Positions 17,664 to 26,827 of a stretch of DNA of 64,000 nucleotides are shown piece after piece. Position numbers and translations under genes: made by a program. The stretch lies in assembly GCA_040755995.1 (NCBI GenBank), contig JBFMAF010000010.1, forward strand, positions 32,001 to 96,000, in the 5' to 3' direction. Positions within the stretch are counted from its first letter, which is position 1, and each line of letters starts with the position of its first letter. Under the pieces are notes generated by a model, which saw only the letters and a list, made by a program, of their open reading frames with translations, did no database searches and had not been told where the DNA came from. Source of the stretch: Acidobacteriota bacterium (lineage in GTDB: Bacteria > Acidobacteriota > CAIWXX01).

Positions 17664-18230
17664 ATGCCCGGTCCAGTCTTGTCGGAACAGGCCAAACTCA
17701 CATACGAGGACTACGCTTTATTCCCGGAGGACGGAAAGCGCCACGAGATTATCGATGGGGTGCACTACATGAGTCCCGCGCCAACCATCAGGCACCAGCG
17801 AATTGTGAAGCGCCTAGTTGTGGAGATCGAGTTGTACCTGCGCGCGAACCCTGGCGGCGAAGTCCACGTGTCGCCGACCGATGTGGTCCTGTCGAATGTC
17901 GACGTCGTGCAGCCGGACCTGCTGTTCGTATCCAGTGCCCGAGCGGCCGTCACAACGGAGAAGAACATTCAGGGCGCGCCCGACCTGGCAGTCGAGGTCC
18001 TCTCGGAGAAGACGCGGAGAGTGGACGAGGTCACCAAGCGTAGGCGTTACGAGCAGTTCGGGGTGCAGGAGTATTGGGTGGTTGATCCTGAACTCGAGAG
18101 CGTCAGGCTTTATCGGATGCAGGAAGGACGATTCGAGCGCGCTGCTGACCTCACAATCGAGCGCCAGGACATCCTTTCAACGCCATTGCTCCCTGGTCTC
18201 GTCATCCCGCTGAGCAAGATATTCGCGTAA
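17664..18230 (+). CDS. Uma2 (DUF820) family PD-(D/E)XK protein
   Basis: LTYEDY..RHEIIDG..SPAP..HQ; VQPDL; GAPDLAVEVLS; GVQEYWVVDP. Confidence 0.92.
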   Translation: MPGPVLSEQAKLTYEDYALFPEDGKRHEIIDGVHYMSPAPTIRHQRIVKRLVVEIELYLRANPGGEVHVSPTDVVLSNVDVVQPDLLFVSSARAAVTTEKNIQGAPDLAVEVLSEKTRRVDEVTKRRRYEQFGVQEYWVVDPELESVRLYRMQEGRFERAADLTIERQDILSTPLLPGLVIPLSKIFA

Positions 18231-18532
18231 GCAGGCACTCGCAAGTTGCGCGGTTGATCCGTCGCTGCCTTCCGAGCGCGCCCAGAAACGCGGCGCAGGA
18301 GAGAAGTGACTTGTGCACCCCGTCGATCGGGAACACGCTTGCATCGTCCTTTTGACTACTCCTCGTCCGCCTTGCTACACTATGTTATTGGAGTAGGCGG
18401 GTTGACTGATGGGTGCATCAAGGCGACGGAGCCAGCGGCCTCGCGCCCGCGCGGATGCCCTGAGTCTATCGGCGCCCTGATGCGTTGTCTCTGCGGCATG
18501 GACACTGCGACAATGGATAAGCAAACGGAGGT

Positions 18533-19471
18533 ATGGATCTCATGAGAAGGATATCATTTGCCGGAATCGTATTGCTCATTTCGTCTTCCCTACTCATGGC
18601 TCAGACGTGGAGGGGAAAGGGCAGGCTCGAGGGGACGGTGACGGACTCGCAGGGCAAGCCCGTAGTCGGAGCCGTGGTCAAGTTGCAGAACGTGAGCAAG
18701 GGTGGGAGCTTCGAGCTCAAGACTGATGAGAAGGGGAACTGGGTGGCGGGCGGCATCGCGTCGGGCGTGTGGTACATCGACGTCGGCGCGCAGGGATACC
18801 GCCTGAGGCAGCTTTCGGCGCAGGTGAGCGAGGTCACAAGAGGCAAGCCGGTCGTAGTCACGCTCGAGCCCGATCCGCTCGCAGTAGCCGGGGCGCTCGA
18901 CGAGGCGAAGAAGAAGGAGCTCTCCGCCCAGCTGGGCAAGGGTGATGCGCTGTTTCAGGAAGGCAGTTACGAACAGGCCCTGGCCGAGTACCAGGCCATT
19001 CTGGCGAAGTACCCCGAGGTCGCCCTGGTCAACGTCAGCGTCGCGAACTGCTACTACGAGATGAAGCAGCCGGAGAAGGCCATCGAAGCGTTGACACTGG
19101 CCCTCGAAAAGAACCCGACTTCCACAGACGTGATCGTGCGCCTGGGTAACATCTACGCCGAGACCGGCAATCTGGCGAAGGCGCTGGAGTATTTCGGCAA
19201 GATCGACGAGAAGTCGATTACCAACCCGGTGACCTTTTACAACATCGGCGTGCTCCTCTTCAATAATCAGAGGATACCTGAGGCCAAGGGCTACTTCGAG
19301 AAGTCGATCACACTGGACCCGAGTTTCGCCGACGGCTACTACCAGCTCGGGCTTTGCCTCGTCAATCAGAACGATCTTGCGAAGGCGAAAGAGGTCTTCA
19401 ACAAGTTCCTGGCGCTGGCGCCGGACCACCCTAATGCGCCCATGGTGCAGAACATCATGAAGAGCCTGTGA
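18533..19471 (+). CDS. Secreted carboxypeptidase-regulatory-like domain + TPR protein
   Basis: Signal peptide; GTVTDSQGKPVVGAVV; several TPR repeats ending FLALAPDHP. Confidence 0.85.
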   Translation: MDLMRRISFAGIVLLISSSLLMAQTWRGKGRLEGTVTDSQGKPVVGAVVKLQNVSKGGSFELKTDEKGNWVAGGIASGVWYIDVGAQGYRLRQLSAQVSEVTRGKPVVVTLEPDPLAVAGALDEAKKKELSAQLGKGDALFQEGSYEQALAEYQAILAKYPEVALVNVSVANCYYEMKQPEKAIEALTLALEKNPTSTDVIVRLGNIYAETGNLAKALEYFGKIDEKSITNPVTFYNIGVLLFNNQRIPEAKGYFEKSITLDPSFADGYYQLGLCLVNQNDLAKAKEVFNKFLALAPDHPNAPMVQNIMKSL

Positions 19472-19598
19472 TGGCCGAACAGAGCGGCATGATTGGATCC
19501 GCGGGTTTGTGTTGCACCAGCGGCGCAGCCTCGGAGTGAAGCTGGGATCTGCGGCATCTCCTGAATCTGCGTAGTCTGCGGACGAGTCCGGGGCCGGC

Positions 19599-21758
19599 TT
19601 GAACACACCGCGAACAGAGAGGATCGGAGCGATCGCCGGCGTGGCCGTCTGCGCCTTCGCGACAGCCCTTCTGGTGATGTCGGGATGTGGGGCCGGAGTC
19701 AAGAGCGCCGCCTCGGGCACAAACGCGCTCCTCATCACCATCGACACGTTGCGCGCAGACCACCTCGGCTGCTACGGCTACGCGTCCGGCTCGACGCCGA
19801 GTATCGATGGCATGGCTCGAATGGGCGTTCTCTTCAAGCGCGTTCACGCGCACAACACGGTCACGCTCCCTTCGCACACCAACATCCTGACGGGGCTCTA
19901 CCCTGTCGTTCACGGCGTGCACGACAACACGGGGTTCCGCGTTCCCGGAAATGCCGAGACGGTGGCGAGCATGCTGAGGGCCAAGGGGTTCGCATGTGGA
20001 GCTTTTGTGGGAGCGTTTCCCGTCGACTCGCGGTTCGGTCTGAACAGAGGCTTCGACGTCTACGACGACTTCTATGGAGACGCTACAGGAGCTGCTGATT
20101 TCCGGTTTGTGGAGAGACGGGCGGAAGATGTGGTAACGCCCTTCGTGGAGTGGCTCGACTCGCAGCCTCCACCGGCTGAAGGGGCCCGGGGGAATCCGCT
20201 TCGCTGGTTCGCGTGGGTGCACCTCTACGATCCACACTCGCCGTATGATCCGCCGGAGCCGTTCAAGACGAGGTTCTCTTCACTCCCGTACGACGGCGAG
20301 ATCGCCTACACGGATTCGCAGGTCGGGCGCCTGCTGTCTCACCTTCGCGACGGGGGCTGGTTGGACTCGACCTACGTCGTCTTGACATCCGATCACGGCG
20401 AGGGTCTGGGCGACCACAACGAGGCGACTCATGGTGTGTTCGCATACGAGAGCACGCTCCGCGTGCCGTTAGTCGTCATCGGGCCCGGCGTGCAACCCAG
20501 AGTCGTCGAGACCACGGTGCGCCACGTGGACGTGGTGCCGACCCTGCTGGCATTGTTGGCGCAGCCGGTTCCGGCCGCGCTGAACGGACGCAGTCTCGTT
20601 CCACTGCTGCTCGGCAAGGGCGACCTGGTGCAGGAGGGTGCGTATTTCGAGGCCCTCAGCGCGAGCCTGAATCGCGGGTGGGCGCCGCTTCGAGGATTCA
20701 TGAGCGGGCGGTACAAGTACATCGACCTTCCTGTTCAGGAGCTCTATGATTTGGAGACGGATCCTATGGAAGCGGTGAACCTCGCCGCGAAGCAGCCTGC
20801 CGTCCTCAAGGAGTTGCAGGGCAAGCTCGCGGCTTTCCATCGACCTGGCGAAGCGATTATGCCGGGCGAGGAAGACGCGGAGACAATCGAGAAGCTGAAG
20901 AGCCTCGGATACGTCGCGGGTGAAGCCCACCCGCCCAGGGCCGTCTACGGTGTGGCTGACGATCCCAAGAACTTGATCCAGATCGACAACCTGCTTGATG
21001 AGGGCATCCTGGCGGCTGGGAGCGGCAATCTGGAGAAGGCGAGAGACATCTTTGTTCGCATCCTCAAGGAACGCCCCACGATGACGATTGCGTACGGCCA
21101 CCTTGCGTACGTGTATCGCGAGATGGGCTACCCGGACAAAGCAGTCGACACCATCCGGGAAGCGATCGGAAGGGGTCTGAAGTCGGTGGAGCTCGACAGC
21201 CGGCTGGGGATGTTTCTGGATGAGGCTGGAAAGAGCCAGGAGGCGATACCGATTCTGGAGAGAGCGGCCGTTGGCGCGGGTGACAAAGTGGATGCCCTGA
21301 CATACCTGGGCATGGCATACGCGCACTCAAACCAAGCGGGCAAGGCCGTCGAGACGTTTCAGCGTATCCTGGATCTGGATCCACATAATGCGAGCGCTTA
21401 CGTGAACATGGGCACTGTGTACCTGCAGGCAAAGGACTACAGCAGGGCGGCCGGTGTAGTCGAAAAGGCGCTGCAGCTGGACCCGAAGCTCGCCTCGGCC
21501 CACAATCTCATGGGCGTAGTGATGGCCAACACGGGCAATCCCGAGGCCGCGATCGCGAGCTGGCGGCAGGCCGTAGCGCTGGATCACCGGCAGTACGACA
21601 CGATCTACAACCTCGCTCTGCTCTACATGCAGCTCGGGCGAGGCGCAGAAGCCCGGCAGTTCATGGACTTGTTCGTGCGCACGGCGCCGCCCGCGCGCTA
21701 CGGGCCGGACATCGATGAGTTCCGGCGGCTGCTACAACAGGCGCCTCAGTCCAGGTAG
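19599..21758 (+). CDS. Sulfatase/alkaline-phosphatase-superfamily enzyme with C-terminal TPRs (possible lipoprotein)
   Basis: LITIDTLRADHL; TLPSHTNILTG; WVHLYDPHSPY; TSDHGEGLGDH; TPR tail. Start uncertain. Confidence 0.88.
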   Translation: MNTPRTERIGAIAGVAVCAFATALLVMSGCGAGVKSAASGTNALLITIDTLRADHLGCYGYASGSTPSIDGMARMGVLFKRVHAHNTVTLPSHTNILTGLYPVVHGVHDNTGFRVPGNAETVASMLRAKGFACGAFVGAFPVDSRFGLNRGFDVYDDFYGDATGAADFRFVERRAEDVVTPFVEWLDSQPPPAEGARGNPLRWFAWVHLYDPHSPYDPPEPFKTRFSSLPYDGEIAYTDSQVGRLLSHLRDGGWLDSTYVVLTSDHGEGLGDHNEATHGVFAYESTLRVPLVVIGPGVQPRVVETTVRHVDVVPTLLALLAQPVPAALNGRSLVPLLLGKGDLVQEGAYFEALSASLNRGWAPLRGFMSGRYKYIDLPVQELYDLETDPMEAVNLAAKQPAVLKELQGKLAAFHRPGEAIMPGEEDAETIEKLKSLGYVAGEAHPPRAVYGVADDPKNLIQIDNLLDEGILAAGSGNLEKARDIFVRILKERPTMTIAYGHLAYVYREMGYPDKAVDTIREAIGRGLKSVELDSRLGMFLDEAGKSQEAIPILERAAVGAGDKVDALTYLGMAYAHSNQAGKAVETFQRILDLDPHNASAYVNMGTVYLQAKDYSRAAGVVEKALQLDPKLASAHNLMGVVMANTGNPEAAIASWRQAVALDHRQYDTIYNLALLYMQLGRGAEARQFMDLFVRTAPPARYGPDIDEFRRLLQQAPQSR

Positions 21759-22037
21759 TCTCGACACACGAATCGCCCCGCAGGATTGCAGTTCCATCCC
21801 CGATTCAACGGGTGACCTGCGCGGCGCCTGCTGAGCCTCAAGCCACGGGGCTTGCGGCTGGCACGTCGGACATGCCCGGTTGCGATACCAGTCGTACTCT
21901 TCTTGTGCCGACCATGCTCGCATTGGCTTACGTGACCGCCGAGAACTGAACTGCCAGAGTTGGTCATGTCCCGGACAATCCGGTATACCGCTTGCGTCAG
22001 CCCCGAAAGGTGATCCTGGTGGCTCAGAATCTCTCTA

Positions 22038-23747
22038 TCACCACCGGCTCGAGATGGGTTCGATTGGAAAATCGAATAGTCGCGGGTCTTCGCAGATGAG
22101 CGTAGCAGAGAGGATGTACATCACGTAATCTCGGGTTTCCGGAGGGATCCACCCCTTCCGGTAGAAATTCCAGAAGCTCCGCTGGCCGGGGTCGTTGGGC
22201 AGGCGGTCCAATCTATCGATGATGCGAGTCTCCCCGTAGTTGTACGCGGCGATGACCAGGAGGCCGGAGGCCGCAGCCTTCGTGGAGTAGAGATAGGCGA
22301 GGTAGTGGGCGGCGGCCTGTGTAGATCGATTCTCGTCATGGCGTTGGTCCTGCGGATCGTATTGGCCCACATCCTTCAGCGGCCCGAGCCTGAGACCATA
22401 GTCGGCGGCCGTCGATGGAACGAACTGCCACATGCCCTTGGCGATCCCCAGGCGGGTCGGCGGACCGACTCGGCGACTGTCGAAGTCGCTTTCCTGGAGC
22501 GCGATGAATAGAAACTCGCGCGGCAGGCCGAACCGATCCAGCGCGAGTCGAATCTTCTTGGGTAGATCCTTGGAGCGGGCGCGATTGAGAGCTGTGCGCA
22601 GGCGCGCCGTCCTTCGCCATTTCTCGACGTAGTCCAGGACTGCCGGCTGGAAGCCGGCCGGGACGTCCATGTCGGTCTCTCCGAGCTTCCGTGCCAGCTT
22701 CATCAAGGCCTGCTCGACAGGGGTCCGGTGCTCGTATATCCCGAGACTCTCGAGGTATCTGTCGTAGTCCTGTTCCAGCTTCTCTTTCTTGTTGCGCAGA
22801 CTTTCGAACTGCTCTTCCGGCATCGACACTCGCCGTGCCACCAGCTCGGCTTCGATCAGCCTGATCTGGTGGAACACGACCTCGGCCATCTGCCGCAGTT
22901 GCAGGACTTGCTTGTGCTTCCGATACAGCTCGAACGAAATGGCGACCGAGACCGCAAGCACCATGATCGACAGCGCCACGAAGGGCCAGCGGCGGCGCCG
23001 GTAGTACCGCTGGGCCACGTCCAGCAGCATCATCGTGCGATCGCCGGCCGGCCCGCCTCTGGCCGCGGCCTCGATTCTCCGGATGATCTCGTCTGTCTCG
23101 ATGGGATGGTCTTTCTCATGGATCTGGCTGGCCCGGCCGAAGCGTATCTCGAAGAACGGCCCGCCCACCCCCAGTTGCACTCGATCGCCATCTCGCAAGT
23201 TCGCCGTCCGAACCCGGCTTCCGTTCACGTATGTCCCGCTTCTGCTTTGCAGGTCCACCAACTCAAAGTTCCCGGCCTCCAGGCGAATCCGGACGTGCCG
23301 AGTGGACACGGGTGAACCGTCGGCGCGCCCCACGACGATATCGTTCTCCCGGCCCCGCCCCATGGTGATCAGGCCGCGTGTCACGGGGATCGGCTCGTTT
23401 CCCGGCTCCCATGCTCCGGAGAGCGGAACGATCAGCGTGCCCGAGACAGGCGGGTCCAGGTGGACCTCCATCATCGGTCCGCCCTCCCCCAGCTCGATCC
23501 GATCTCCATCCTCAAGCACTCGCTCTCGCACGCGCTCACCGTTGACGAACGTGCCGTTCCTGCTGTCAAGATCGACCAGGACGTGGCGGCCCCTTTGGCG
23601 CCGGATCTCCGCGTGGTGGGCGGAGACGACGTTGTCGGGCCAGACGACGTCGTTGCCGTGGTCCCGCCCCACGCGGATCAGGTCGGCCTCAAGGGCGCTC
23701 GTTCCTCCCTCCAGGGAACCCCGCCTGTGAACCAGCCTGTTCGCCAT
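22038..23747 (-). CDS. FHA-FHA-TM-coiled coil-lytic transglycosylase (SLT/MltD-like)
   Basis: Two FHA domains (VGR..VSAHH..DSRNGT; MGR..VSTRH..QSRSGT); RRRR then TM; SLT motifs ALQES, AKGMWQF, AAYNYG, ETRDYV. Start may be 23765. Confidence 0.9.
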   Translation of the reverse strand: MANRLVHRRGSLEGGTSALEADLIRVGRDHGNDVVWPDNVVSAHHAEIRRQRGRHVLVDLDSRNGTFVNGERVRERVLEDGDRIELGEGGPMMEVHLDPPVSGTLIVPLSGAWEPGNEPIPVTRGLITMGRGRENDIVVGRADGSPVSTRHVRIRLEAGNFELVDLQSRSGTYVNGSRVRTANLRDGDRVQLGVGGPFFEIRFGRASQIHEKDHPIETDEIIRRIEAAARGGPAGDRTMMLLDVAQRYYRRRRWPFVALSIMVLAVSVAISFELYRKHKQVLQLRQMAEVVFHQIRLIEAELVARRVSMPEEQFESLRNKKEKLEQDYDRYLESLGIYEHRTPVEQALMKLARKLGETDMDVPAGFQPAVLDYVEKWRRTARLRTALNRARSKDLPKKIRLALDRFGLPREFLFIALQESDFDSRRVGPPTRLGIAKGMWQFVPSTAADYGLRLGPLKDVGQYDPQDQRHDENRSTQAAAHYLAYLYSTKAAASGLLVIAAYNYGETRIIDRLDRLPNDPGQRSFWNFYRKGWIPPETRDYVMYILSATLICEDPRLFDFPIEPISSRW

Positions 23748-23862
23748 TGCGTACATGATAGCCATCTGCCTGGATGATGCAAGAAGCAGGATGAGCGGGG
23801 AGTGTGGTATCCTCTGGTTCAGGCCCTTTCAGTACGCCACCGTATGGAAAGGGCGTCAAGGA

Positions 23863-24135
23863 ATGAGAACGAGCAGACGGCTCACTCGAGAGGACTGGGG
23901 GCGCGAGGCTCTGAAGGCTCTGGGGGAGTCGGGGCTCGTGGATACGAGTTCATTCCGCTGGAGACAGCTCTCGAAGATGAGGCGTTCCGAATACCCGACA
24001 CCTACACGGGCCCCGCGGGTATCAGCTGGTTGCATCGCTGGGTGCTCGCGATGGGCAAGAGGGGGCTGCTCGTCGCCGACGAGCCCCGGACGGCGGAATT
24101 CGTCGTGAAGGAGGCCGGGGTCAGCGAGGAATTAT
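23863..24135 (+). pseudogene. Chimeric remnant: TetR-family 5' end joined out of frame to the 3' end of a polysaccharide-deacetylase-like gene
   Basis: MRTSRRLTREDWGREALKALGESGL, then in another frame RGYEFIPLETALEDEAFRIPDTYTGPAGISWLHRW. Confidence 0.55.
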
Positions 24136-24216
24136 TCTCCTCGGCGCCGGATCCTCGTCCAGTCGGTGCTACCGCGGGGCGGCCTCAGCTCTCGCGTGAT
24201 CGGTTGGGTTGTGGAG

Positions 24217-24252
24217 CGGACCGGAGCCGAGTGCCGCCTCGACTCCGGTCCG
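24217..24252. terminator. Hairpin just downstream of the 24279 gene
   Basis: CGGACCGGAGcCGAG-tgccgc-CTCGaCTCCGGTCCG; no clear T-tract. Confidence 0.45.
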
Positions 24253-24278
24253 GACTCTCGGGTTTGACGCGCCGAAGC

Positions 24279-26459
24279 TCAGTAGAGCACGCCGGCGGTC
24301 GGGCTTCCTTCTATGTCGTGTCCGCCGGGGTAGGTGCCGGTGAAGTCCACCGAGGGCCACTGGTCCCAAGCGTTGCCCACCGCGGTGACGAGCTGATTGC
24401 CGACGTTCCTCAGATTCGCCTGGCCGGTTGCGAGGTTGTGGAACGTGTTGCCGCCGGGGCTGCCTGCGGTGCCGAAATCGGCGGCCGACTCGATCGAATA
24501 TGCGCCCACCAAAGTGCAGCCTGTCACCGAATTATTCCTGAAAGTCACCGGGCTCTGAATCAGGTATATTCCTACCTGGTAGCTTCCAGCCACGGAGTTC
24601 CCCGTGATCAGACTGCCCGCGTCAAGTCCACCTAGCTGCATCGCGATGTTCTGTATCGCGCTGTTGGCAGCAGAGGCGAATGCGCTGCCGGTCACAGATA
24701 TTGGGCCGGCACCCAGTGCTGAGAAGCTCAAGTCGGTGGCGCTGGAGGCGAGGAAGCTGGTATTGCTGATGGTCGTGGTCTGGTCGCTGGTCCCACCTGC
24801 TCCAAACCAGTTCCATCGGAATGCGCACCCGTCTATTGTCGTTGTGCAGTGGTTTTCGGCGCGGACGCCATAGAGAAGGGCGGCTTCGATTGTGCTGCTC
24901 TGTAGCTGCAGGGAGCCCGTCCCGACCACCTGGATGGTATTGTAGCTGAACGCAAGCGCTCGGATGCCGGCGATAGTTGCCGCCACGTCTTCGATCCAGA
25001 CGCCAAACTGCCCGCCTCCCATGAGCCCGATCGCTTTCAGAGCACTGCCGTTGCCCGCGACGAACATCACGTTTCGATCCAGAGCCAGCAGCGGTGAGTG
25101 GTAGGTCCCGCCTCCATAAACGGTCGTGCTGTTCTGTCCGGCACCTTGAACAATCACCCCTGTGGGGACCATTAGCGGGAAGGTCTCGCCGGTCGACTCA
25201 GCGTAATACCCTGATGCGATCGACACGGTCGTCCCTCCTGTGGCAACCGACAGTCCCTTGGTGATGGTCTTGAAGGGCTTGTCGAGCGTTCCATCGCCCG
25301 TGGTATCGTTGCCTCGGTTTACGTCGACGTAGACGGTCCCGGCACCTCCTGTCACGGTCACTCTTGCAGAGTCGACCGCCGCCAGCCCGTCCGCGTCCAG
25401 AACGCTGATCGTGTAGATAATGCTGGCACCGGGGCTGACTGAGAGCGAACCGTTCACGGGGACGTCGCCGATTCCGTTATCGATCTTCGCCGAGACGGCG
25501 TGGGCGGAGGTCCATTGCAGGGTCGAGCTCCCGCCGATCGAGATCGTGTCCGGCGTCGCGGACAGGTTAACGCTGACTCGGGTTGTGCCGAGCAGGCTGT
25601 TGATCACGTCCAGAGCAAGCAGTCTCAGTGACTGGCGGGAGGCGGCGGAGAGCCTGCTGTCATCGGCGGTCTTGAGATACCGGATGAGGAGCTGCAGCTG
25701 CCTCACTGCGCCGCGGATGTTCCCGCCGTCGTAAGCGTTCTCAGAGCGGCTCACCCATCTCTCAAGGCGGCGCCTGGTGGAGGTACTCATCGCGGCAGAC
25801 TTGACTGCATTCTTGAGCGCGCCGTAGTCGGTGACCGGCTTCGCATCCCCGTAGAACAACGGCCTTCCAGGAAGCTCGGTGTCCGCCGCATGGCTCCGCG
25901 CGTGCTCGAACCGGCCGGCGCCGTCGCCTGCTGCAGTCGAGATGGAACGGTCGAAGTAGTTGGCGGAGGCAATGTCCAGCTGACCGTCCCCGTTGTAGTC
26001 GCGGACGGCGAGAGAGACTGGGCCCTGCTCGACCTGGATCCTGGATGCCAGCCTATAGCTCCCGTCCGTCCGGCTGACGAACGCCTCGATGTAAGATCCG
26101 ATGAAATCGGCTACCGCGAAGTCGTCGACACCGTCGTGGTTGAAGTCGCCAACAACCACATCCGAGATCGCTCCGCTGATCGGAATCTTCTGCAAGATTC
26201 GTGGAGCTGTGCGGTCCAGCCCATCCTCGCCGCTACCAGCGGCGTATACATTTACCGAGTTCCAGAAGAAGTTCGCGACGACCGTGGCGAACTGCCCGGT
26301 TTCACCGGGACTGCCGGCCGGAGGCGTCTGCCGATACAGACCACTGCTTTGAACCGGCGCCCATGACTCGGAAAACTCGACCGATTGTACTGCACCAAAC
26401 GAGAGCGTTGATGCCAGAGTCAGTGCACCAACGGTACCACCGAACACGTACGTCTTCAT
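24279..26459 (-). CDS. Secreted modular protein: FG-GAP/VCBS repeats, small helical (FIMAH-like) domain, Ig-like, DUF1565/right-handed beta-helix
   Basis: Signal peptide; GDFNHDGVDD and RDYNGDGQLD; YVDVNRGNDTTGDGTLDKPFKTITKGL..GETFPL; beta-helix repeats. Confidence 0.75.
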   Translation of the reverse strand: MKTYVFGGTVGALTLASTLSFGAVQSVEFSESWAPVQSSGLYRQTPPAGSPGETGQFATVVANFFWNSVNVYAAGSGEDGLDRTAPRILQKIPISGAISDVVVGDFNHDGVDDFAVADFIGSYIEAFVSRTDGSYRLASRIQVEQGPVSLAVRDYNGDGQLDIASANYFDRSISTAAGDGAGRFEHARSHAADTELPGRPLFYGDAKPVTDYGALKNAVKSAAMSTSTRRRLERWVSRSENAYDGGNIRGAVRQLQLLIRYLKTADDSRLSAASRQSLRLLALDVINSLLGTTRVSVNLSATPDTISIGGSSTLQWTSAHAVSAKIDNGIGDVPVNGSLSVSPGASIIYTISVLDADGLAAVDSARVTVTGGAGTVYVDVNRGNDTTGDGTLDKPFKTITKGLSVATGGTTVSIASGYYAESTGETFPLMVPTGVIVQGAGQNSTTVYGGGTYHSPLLALDRNVMFVAGNGSALKAIGLMGGGQFGVWIEDVAATIAGIRALAFSYNTIQVVGTGSLQLQSSTIEAALLYGVRAENHCTTTIDGCAFRWNWFGAGGTSDQTTTISNTSFLASSATDLSFSALGAGPISVTGSAFASAANSAIQNIAMQLGGLDAGSLITGNSVAGSYQVGIYLIQSPVTFRNNSVTGCTLVGAYSIESAADFGTAGSPGGNTFHNLATGQANLRNVGNQLVTAVGNAWDQWPSVDFTGTYPGGHDIEGSPTAGVLY

Positions 26460-26827
26460 CTCAATCACCCTCTTACTCGCGTGGCCCCGACACGGGCCGT
26501 TAGTCTATTCGTCGAAGCCGACGAGTGCCTGGAATGACCTCCTGCCAGGGTATTCTCGGCCCGGCCATCGGATCTCCAGGAACCGTCGGAGGTATCTCAA
26601 TTCCTACTGCCGGACCGGAGTATAACTGCCCGCTGAACGGCTGTCAATGCACTGCCCTCAGAGACACAAGACATCAGGAGCCCCTGGACTCATGGAATGC
26701 AGCCCCCAAGACGTCAGGACGGACAACGGACAGCTGGTTCCTTGCCGGACGAACGGTATGCCTGTAGAGTAGTGCGTATGTCCGGGAAGCCGGTCAAGCC
26801 AAGGCAACGCGGGACAGGGGAGAGACG

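Noticed and set aside
17664..18230. Uma2 as a T3SS effector or defence system
   Set aside because: A common stand-alone family, separated by a terminator, with no partner genes.
21760..22037. Small ORFs between the sulfatase and transglycosylase genes
   Set aside because: No SD site, motif or codon signal.
23802..24635. 277-aa ORF as an intact gene
   Set aside because: It overlaps the convergent 24279 gene; only an internal fragment looks protein-like.
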